Assembly: GCA_041649575.1 (NCBI GenBank)
Contig: JBAZMW010000002.1
Span: 30,001 to 62,000, forward strand
Source: Patescibacteria group bacterium
GTDB lineage: Bacteria > Patescibacteriota > Patescibacteriia > 2-01-FULL-39-33
Length of the DNA: 32,000 nt
Direction of reading: 5' to 3'
In this document: positions 26,661 through 32,000 of the stretch, piece after piece
Position numbering within the stretch: the first letter of the stretch is position 1
Layout of the letters: each line of letters starts with the position of its first letter
The notes under the pieces: generated by a model
The model's database searches: none
What the model saw: only the letters and a program-made list of their open reading frames with translations
What the model was told of the DNA's origin: nothing
Made by a program: the position numbers and the translations under genes

Positions 26661-28099
26661 TTATTTTTTGGCTTTGGTTTAAATAGAATTCGTCCTAATA
26701 TTAGCATACCCAAAAATACGGTTTTTATTCCGTCCCAGGAATTAAGTTGTTTTAATTTGCGAATAATATATTTTGGTCTGAGATAAAACTCGCGGAAGGC
26801 TCTTTTTTGCCAATAGACTAGATCGGCTGGCGTCAGGCTTCTCTGAACCGGCAGAGGCGCCGTATTGCTTAAAGGAGCGAATCTTTCCCAGGGGGTGTCT
26901 TTGGAAATAAGGCCTTCTTTTTGGGCGTAGTAGTACAAATCAGAGCCAGGCACGGGACAGGTGATGAAAAAAGTGGCGTTATCTAAATCTAGGCTTTTGG
27001 CAAAATCAATAGTTTCTCTTATGGTTTCTTCGGTTTCGCCAATATTGCCGAGCATGAAACTGGCGTGCGCCAAGATGCCGTGGCGTCTGGCGATACTGAT
27101 GGCGCGTTTTCCAATCTCGGTGGTAGTTTGTTTGCGCATCAAGCTTAGCACTTTTTGCGAGCCCGACTCCAGCCCAAAAGATATTTTTTTGCATCCGGCT
27201 TTAGCCATTATTTCCGCCAGTTCGTCGCTGATTGTATCGGCTCTAGAGGAACAGATCCAGGCGATGGGCAGTTTTTTGTCAATTATTTTCTGGCAGATTT
27301 CAAATGCCCTGGGCCGGTTTAAGGTAAAGTTATCATCCAAGATGTTAAATTCTTTGATGTTGAATTTATTAATGCATTCTTCGATCTCCGCAATAACGTT
27401 GTCAGCGCTCCGGTATCGCAGGCGACGTTGCCAAATACTTTTGGAAACACAATGCACACAATCGAAGTTGCAACCTCGGCTGGTTTGTAAGGGGGAACAC
27501 TGTTCCTCGGTCAGTTTCTTGGTGGGAGCGGAATAATATAATTTTAGGTCGAATAAATCACGGGCAGGAAAGGGGATATCGTCTAAATTTTGAATCATCT
27601 GGCGGGGCGGGTTGTTTATTATTTCCCCCCGGCGTTTAAAGTATAAACCGTTTATTTTTTCAAAATCGGTTTTTTTATCCGAAAGAGTTTTAACTAATTC
27701 ATAAAAAGTTTCTTCTCCCTCACCAATGACCGCAAAGTCGACGTAAGGATTACTCATCACTTCTTGAGGTAAGATGGTGGGATGAGTGCCGCCAAGAACC
27801 GTGACACAATTTAATAATTCTAAGTCTTCTTTAATGATCCGGCAGATTTCGAGAACATGGTTAATCGTCGGCGAGAGGCAGGTGAAGCCGACGATATCTG
27901 GTTTTTCCTTGGCCAAAAAATTTTTTATTTCTTCATAGCCCAAGGCCATGGCTTCCGTGTCGAGGATTTTTATTTCACAGTCGATTTTGGCACGCAAATA
28001 GCCGGCCAGGTAGGCCAGATTAAACGGCATGGCGTGGCCGCCAGATTCTTTCATGCCCTCGAAGTTTATGTAGGGAGGGTTAACAAGTATGATCTTCAT
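26657..28099 (-). CDS. B12-binding domain-containing radical SAM protein
   Basis: 'MKIILVNPPYINFEG..MPFNLAYLAGYL..VGFTCLSPTI..VLGGTHPTILPQEVM..AVIGEGEETFYELV', then 'TSRGCNFDCVHCVSKSIWQRR', 'LDDNFTLNRPRAFEIC' and 'SFGLESGSQKVL'. Confidence 0.94.
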   Translation of the reverse strand: MKIILVNPPYINFEGMKESGGHAMPFNLAYLAGYLRAKIDCEIKILDTEAMALGYEEIKNFLAKEKPDIVGFTCLSPTINHVLEICRIIKEDLELLNCVTVLGGTHPTILPQEVMSNPYVDFAVIGEGEETFYELVKTLSDKKTDFEKINGLYFKRRGEIINNPPRQMIQNLDDIPFPARDLFDLKLYYSAPTKKLTEEQCSPLQTSRGCNFDCVHCVSKSIWQRRLRYRSADNVIAEIEECINKFNIKEFNILDDNFTLNRPRAFEICQKIIDKKLPIAWICSSRADTISDELAEIMAKAGCKKISFGLESGSQKVLSLMRKQTTTEIGKRAISIARRHGILAHASFMLGNIGETEETIRETIDFAKSLDLDNATFFITCPVPGSDLYYYAQKEGLISKDTPWERFAPLSNTAPLPVQRSLTPADLVYWQKRAFREFYLRPKYIIRKLKQLNSWDGIKTVFLGMLILGRILFKPKPKNK

Positions 28100-28117
28100 A
28101 TGCTTTTGATTTTTATT

Positions 28118-28948
28118 CTAAAGATTATAATTTTCTATTGACAGGCAGTCAAAATTTTTTAAAACGTAATTTAATTTTTTCCAAGTTTTTTGCGCCTGGC
28201 CGTATTTGATGATTTTTCTAATTTTAGGCATCTTGAAATCAGGCGGCTCGCCCAGAAAATCAAAAGGGTGGAAATAAAGACAGGCTGGATTGTTTTTAAG
28301 TTTGAGCCGAAGCAATTTTCTAAACACGAACCAGGGGATAATTCTTAAATAGACACCACCCGCAATGGGAATTCTTATTAGCTTACCGTCAAAAACAGCC
28401 AAGGGCATTTCTTTGATGCCGTTTATCTGGTAAGGGTTGATTTCCCCTTTTTTGTGGCCGTAATTTCTGCTTTTAAAAAATTTAAAAATAAAGTTTGGCA
28501 GACTAAAAGGGAATAGAGAAGAATCAAACTTGATACCTTTTGACGCCAGCACAGGTAGTGCCCAAAAAGTAGAAGAATCCAAAGAAAAATTGACAGCGCG
28601 GTGGCTGACCGGTCTTTTGCTGGTCAGGGCTGTAATCTTGTCCACCAAAATTTCTATTTCTTTTTTAAAGTTGTCGGAATTTTTCTGCCAAAGCGGCCGG
28701 TGATCCAGGGAGTGCAGGCCGATTTCTTGACCAGCGTCATTTATTTTTTTAATTAGGTTTGGCTCGTTTTCTATAACTTTTCCGGTCACAAAAAAAGTGG
28801 CCGTTGCTTTGTTATTTTTTAATAGCGGTAGAATTTTTTCCGTAAAGCTTTCCAGGTTTTCCCGTTCGTTGCCCTTAAGATATCTTTGCAAAGACAAAGA
28901 TTCAAACCAATATTCCAGGTCAAAAGTTAGAATTACTGGATTCATCAC
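28118..28948 (-). CDS. Polysaccharide deacetylase, resembling the XrtA/PEP-CTERM-associated NodB-like subfamily
   Basis: 'VILTFDLEYWFE', 'ATATFFVTGKVIENEPNLIKKINDAGQEIGLHSLDHRPLW', 'SHRAVNFSLDSSTFWALPVLASKGIKFDSSLFP' and 'YFHPFDFLGEPPDF'. Confidence 0.88.
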   Translation of the reverse strand: MMNPVILTFDLEYWFESLSLQRYLKGNERENLESFTEKILPLLKNNKATATFFVTGKVIENEPNLIKKINDAGQEIGLHSLDHRPLWQKNSDNFKKEIEILVDKITALTSKRPVSHRAVNFSLDSSTFWALPVLASKGIKFDSSLFPFSLPNFIFKFFKSRNYGHKKGEINPYQINGIKEMPLAVFDGKLIRIPIAGGVYLRIIPWFVFRKLLRLKLKNNPACLYFHPFDFLGEPPDFKMPKIRKIIKYGQAQKTWKKLNYVLKNFDCLSIENYNL

Positions 28949-29835
28949 TGGCGGTTGTTAATTTCTCTTCTAATAGCGGCAATCTGATCGGCCAAAAGAC
29001 CAAAGAAAAAGACGAGAATAGACGCAATAAAGAGGAAAATGGTGCTGTCGGAAAGATTTATAGAAATAAGATCAAAAGCCAGGAAAATTAAAGCGACTAT
29101 AAATAGAATCAGGCTGACCGGAAAAAAAATACGTAGCGGAGAAAAAGTCATAATCAGACGGAAAATCAGCATTAAAGTAGTGAAACCATCGCGCGGTTTG
29201 ACCGTGCTTTTGGAACCACCCTCTCTTTTGTTTATTTCAATAGGCAGAAATTTAACATTTTTTTTGTCTTTCAAAAAAGCCAGGGTAGAAGTGGTGGACA
29301 TGGAAAAACCATTAGGCATCAGGTGCAAGTAGTTTTTAAGAATATTTTTTTTGACCAGGCGTAAGCCGCAGTTTAAATCAGGGATTTTATAATCCACCAG
29401 GTAATTGGCAACAACTCTCAGCAACCACAGGCCTGGTTTTCGCAGAGTCGGCCTGACATATTTGCCGCCAGTCCGATCGCCAGCGATTAGTTCATAGTCA
29501 TTAATATGAGCGATAAAGTTTTTTATATCTTCAGGACGATGTTGGCCGTCGGAGTCAAAAAATAAAATCCAATCATGCCCCGAATTAAGGACTCCGGTTT
29601 TCAGGGCGGCACCATAACCTTTGTTGTAGGGATGGTTTATTAGTTTTATACCTTCAATTTTATTTAGAACTTCTTTGCTATCATCTGTCGAACCGTCATT
29701 TATAACAATAATTTCATGTTCTATTCCCAGACCAATAAGTTCTTTTTTAAGCATTTCCACTGTTTGCTGGACTTTTTGACTTTCATTGTAGACTGGAACG
29801 ACTACAGATAAATTTATTGTTTGATTGTTTTCCAT
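28945..29835 (-). CDS. Glycosyltransferase family 2 (DPM1-like) with C-terminal TM helices
   Basis: 'LSVVVPVYNESQKVQQTVEMLKKEL...VINDGSTDDS...YNKGYGAALKTGV...ILFFDSDGQHRPEDI...DLNCGLRLVKKNI', plus two hydrophobic C-terminal segments. Confidence 0.95.
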   Translation of the reverse strand: MENNQTINLSVVVPVYNESQKVQQTVEMLKKELIGLGIEHEIIVINDGSTDDSKEVLNKIEGIKLINHPYNKGYGAALKTGVLNSGHDWILFFDSDGQHRPEDIKNFIAHINDYELIAGDRTGGKYVRPTLRKPGLWLLRVVANYLVDYKIPDLNCGLRLVKKNILKNYLHLMPNGFSMSTTSTLAFLKDKKNVKFLPIEINKREGGSKSTVKPRDGFTTLMLIFRLIMTFSPLRIFFPVSLILFIVALIFLAFDLISINLSDSTIFLFIASILVFFFGLLADQIAAIRREINNRQ

Positions 29836-29843
29836 AAATATTT

Positions 29844-31202
29844 TTATCTCCCTCTGCCTCCCAACGCCACCTTAATGGTTTTAAGTAAAATACTTAGATC
29901 CATCAGCAGCGAACGGTTTTTTATATAATATAAATCATATTTAACTTTTTCCAGAGATTCTTCCTTGGAGCCGCCATAAGCCGGTCCGTTGAGTTGGGCC
30001 CAACCGGTAAGCCCAGGCTTCACCAGCAGCCGTTCCCTGTAAAAAGGCACCTCTTGGGCCAAAATTTGGATAAATTCTGGTCTTTCTGGCCTAGGCCCGA
30101 CCAGACTCATTTCTCCTCGTAAGATGTTAATTAATTGGGGGATTTCATCCAGCCTGGTTTTACGCATTAATCTGCCGAAACGAGTCACTCTCGGATCGTT
30201 TTCACTGGCCCATTGTGGCCCGTTTTTCTCGGCGTTATCAAACATCGAGCGGAATTTCATGGCCAAAAAATTTTTACCGTTTTTGCCAACGCGTATTTGC
30301 TTAAAGACCACCGGTCCCGGACTTTCTAATTTTATGATCAGAGCTATTGGCGGCGCGATAAATATGGCCACTAGCAGGCCGAGTAAAGCCAGAAAGACAT
30401 CCATGATTCTTTTGCTGATCTCATAAAGTTTTTTGGAATGTTCGGCCAAGTTTTCCAAAAACCAGCTGTGTTCCAGATATTCAGCCGGCACTTTATTGGT
30501 TATCTGCTCGTAAAAGCTGTTGATATTATAAACATCAACGCCTAGCGACAAACAGTCGAAGATTTTTCGCGAGATTTCATCATTATTTTTTAAACTATTG
30601 GCGCTGACCAGGATATCCACCTGGTTTTCTTGGCAATATTTTTTTAAATCTTCGGGAACATTTTGGTTGTTTATGGCTTGATACCCTAGTTGCGGCTTAT
30701 GATTTATCTCTCTGATTAACGAATCAGCCAGCGGTGATTGACCAATGATCAGCACCTTATTGCTAATGGCCGAGGATTTTATAAAGGTATAGAATATCCG
30801 ACGCCACAAAAAAGAGAAAACCAAGGAAATAATCACATCTATCGCAAGGACTCTTTGCGGTTTAATACTTCCTAGAAAAGGATTGAAAAAATAAAAAATA
30901 GCTATAGCTATCAGAATGTTTATAACATAAACACGAACTAGCAGATTTAACAGGTTGTTTATATTATAACTTATTTTTAAATCATAAAGCTCGTTAATAA
31001 AAAAAACCAATAACCAGATAACAAAAACCACAGTAAACATAATTACATGTCCTGACCAGAAATAACCGATGTCCTTTAGGCCGTATCTGATAATTAAGGT
31101 CAAGTATAAACCTAGATATAAAGTGGCCAGGTCGCCTAACAAAAGGATGACCTTTTTTGTTTTAATAAAGAAATTAGCCATAATTTTAAGCGATAACTTC
31201 AA
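29844..31202 (-). CDS. Undecaprenyl-phosphate sugar-1-phosphate transferase (WcaJ/WbaP-like initiating enzyme); true start probably 31181
   Basis: 'KRIMDVFLALLGLLVAIFIAPPIALIIKLESPGPVVFKQIRVGKNGKNFLAMKFRSMF...RFGRLMRKTRLDEIPQLINILRGEMSLVGPRPERPEF...YRERLLVKPGLTGWAQLNGPAYG', with N-terminal TM helices and a CoA-binding-like domain. The listed TTG start at 31202 lies upstream of the predicted transcription start. The in-frame ATG at 31181 (MANFFIKTKK) is preferred. Confidence 0.95.
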   Translation of the reverse strand: MKLSLKIMANFFIKTKKVILLLGDLATLYLGLYLTLIIRYGLKDIGYFWSGHVIMFTVVFVIWLLVFFINELYDLKISYNINNLLNLLVRVYVINILIAIAIFYFFNPFLGSIKPQRVLAIDVIISLVFSFLWRRIFYTFIKSSAISNKVLIIGQSPLADSLIREINHKPQLGYQAINNQNVPEDLKKYCQENQVDILVSANSLKNNDEISRKIFDCLSLGVDVYNINSFYEQITNKVPAEYLEHSWFLENLAEHSKKLYEISKRIMDVFLALLGLLVAIFIAPPIALIIKLESPGPVVFKQIRVGKNGKNFLAMKFRSMFDNAEKNGPQWASENDPRVTRFGRLMRKTRLDEIPQLINILRGEMSLVGPRPERPEFIQILAQEVPFYRERLLVKPGLTGWAQLNGPAYGGSKEESLEKVKYDLYYIKNRSLLMDLSILLKTIKVALGGRGR

Positions 31203-31204
31203 TA

Positions 31205-31233
31205 TTTATACAATATTTTTGACCAAAAATCAA
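31205..31233 (-). promoter_or_regulatory. Putative sigma-70-type promoter for the - strand operon (TTGATT-17 bp-TATAAA)
   Basis: Reverse complement reads TTGATT (31233..31228), 17-nt spacer TTTGGTCAAAAATATTG, TATAAA (31210..31205), directly upstream of the initiating transferase. Confidence 0.6.
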
Positions 31234-31277
31234 GTTTGGCCGCCCGCCCTTTTAAAAGAATGATAATTTTGATAAAA

Positions 31278-31283
31278 TATAAT
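31278..31283 (+). promoter_or_regulatory. Putative -10 element (TATAAT) for the peptidase gene
   Basis: Perfect TATAAT 16 nt before the ATG at 31300. No good -35 at standard spacing. Confidence 0.4.
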
Positions 31284-31299
31284 CATTAAATCCCTTTTT

Positions 31300-32000
31300 A
31301 TGGTTAAAAGATTTTTTTTATTTTCAATTGTTTGCTTGTTTTTTTTTATTACTATTTTTCCGGCTCAGGCCTATGTTCCCTCCGACCCGTTGTATTACCG
31401 AGAAACCTATCTCAACCCTCTTGGCGCGGAAAAAGCTTGGGATTTGTCACGGGGTAATGGCGTGGTAGTAGCCGTCTTAGATTCCGGGGTAGACACGGAC
31501 CACCCTGATTTAAAAAATAATATTTGGCGTAATTTGGACGAAACTCCTGGCGATGGCGTTGATAATGATCATAATGGTTTTATTGACGATATTAGTGGTT
31601 GGGATTTTGTCTCAGGTCAGCCGGATCCCAAACCAAAATTTTCTGAAAACTATTCAGCAGCCGGCTTGGAACATGGCACGGCTATCTCGGGAGTGATCGC
31701 TGGTACGGCCAATAACGGGCAGGGAATGGTTGGCTTGGCTTTTGATTCCAAAATCATGCCTCTTAGAATTCTAGATGCTGACGGTACGGGGGAGGTGCCC
31801 AATCTGGTCAAAGCCATTGAGTACGCTGTCAATAACGGAGCTGATATCATTAACTTAAGCTTAGTTGGTTATGATTATAGCCAGGAACTTTTTGATGCCG
31901 TTAGGTCGGCTAACGCTCGGGGAGTGTTGGTGGTGGCGGCCGCTGGTAACGCCGAAGATGGTTTAGTTGACGGAATTAATCTTGATAACAGGCCGGCTTA
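31300..32000 (+). CDS. Subtilisin-like S8 family serine peptidase, secreted (3' truncated by window edge)
   Basis: Not in the supplied ORF track but open to the window end. Translation: MVKRFFLFSIVCLFFFITIFPAQAYVPSD...GVVVAVLDSGVDTDHPDLKNNIW (catalytic Asp)...LEHGTAISGVIAGTANN (catalytic His)...ADIINLS...VLVVAAAGN (oxyanion Asn). The catalytic Ser lies beyond the window. Confidence 0.95.
   Translation, partial: MVKRFFLFSIVCLFFFITIFPAQAYVPSDPLYYRETYLNPLGAEKAWDLSRGNGVVVAVLDSGVDTDHPDLKNNIWRNLDETPGDGVDNDHNGFIDDISGWDFVSGQPDPKPKFSENYSAAGLEHGTAISGVIAGTANNGQGMVGLAFDSKIMPLRILDADGTGEVPNLVKAIEYAVNNGADIINLSLVGYDYSQELFDAVRSANARGVLVVAAAGNAEDGLVDGINLDNRPA

Noticed and set aside
26961-27536. 191-aa + strand ORF opposite a B12-radical SAM gene
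   Set aside because: The longest antisense ORF, but it lies wholly within 26657..28099(-), which has a full set of radical SAM motifs. Its composition is Ser/Leu-rich as expected from an antisense frame.
27857-28141. + strand ORF spanning the 28099/28118 gap
   Set aside because: Antisense to two strongly supported - strand genes. No motif, no plausible promoter.
30124-30426. 100-aa + strand ORF opposite the initiating transferase
   Set aside because: Antisense shadow of the highly conserved transferase core.
31650-31850. 66-aa - strand ORF near right edge
   Set aside because: Antisense to the S8 peptidase frame, which carries catalytic motifs.
1-32000. Alternative genetic code (TGA = Gly, as in some CPR lineages)
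   Set aside because: Several genes end in TGA with overlapping starts (e.g. ATGA at 3266-3269; TGA at 6822-6824). All proteins read well with code 11.
1-32000. CRISPR array, tRNA/rRNA, transposase, phage or defence system
   Set aside because: No regularly spaced direct repeats, no tRNA/rRNA-like segments and no transposase, integrase or nuclease motifs were seen. Nearly all sequence is explained by biosynthetic genes.

Overview
The window is a dense, almost fully coding ~31 kb surface-glycan or lipid-glycan biosynthesis locus in two convergent gene arms. The + arm (1..23279) and the - arm (31202..23281) meet tail-to-tail with a 1-nt gap. A divergently transcribed, 3'-truncated subtilisin-like (S8) peptidase sits at the right edge. 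Standard code 11 is used: TGA acts as a stop, for example in the ATGA overlap at 3266-3269. Gene style (short ORFs, 1-23 nt overlaps, polytopic GT-C proteins) resembles Patescibacteria/CPR genomes, but that taxonomic call is only inference. The locus has an undecaprenyl-phosphate sugar-1-P transferase, a Wzx-like flippase, three GT4, two GT2 and one GT9 glycosyltransferases, three GT39/ArnT-like membrane proteins, two NodB-type deacetylases, three class I SAM methyltransferases and a nitroreductase. It also has nine radical SAM proteins: seven of the B12-binding/BchE-like architecture (one truncated at the left edge) and two SPASM-like. No nucleotide-sugar biosynthesis gene is recognisable. 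The strongest candidate for something new is the 797-aa protein at 24267..26660(-). It fuses a B12-binding radical SAM enzyme to a lysylphosphatidylglycerol-synthase-TM/flippase-like membrane domain. Its N-terminal half is a close paralogue of the free-standing enzyme at 10980..12395(+). I propose a radical-SAM-rich modification system acting on a polyprenyl-linked or lipid-linked glycan; its chemistry is unknown. No tRNA, rRNA, CRISPR array or mobile element was recognised.
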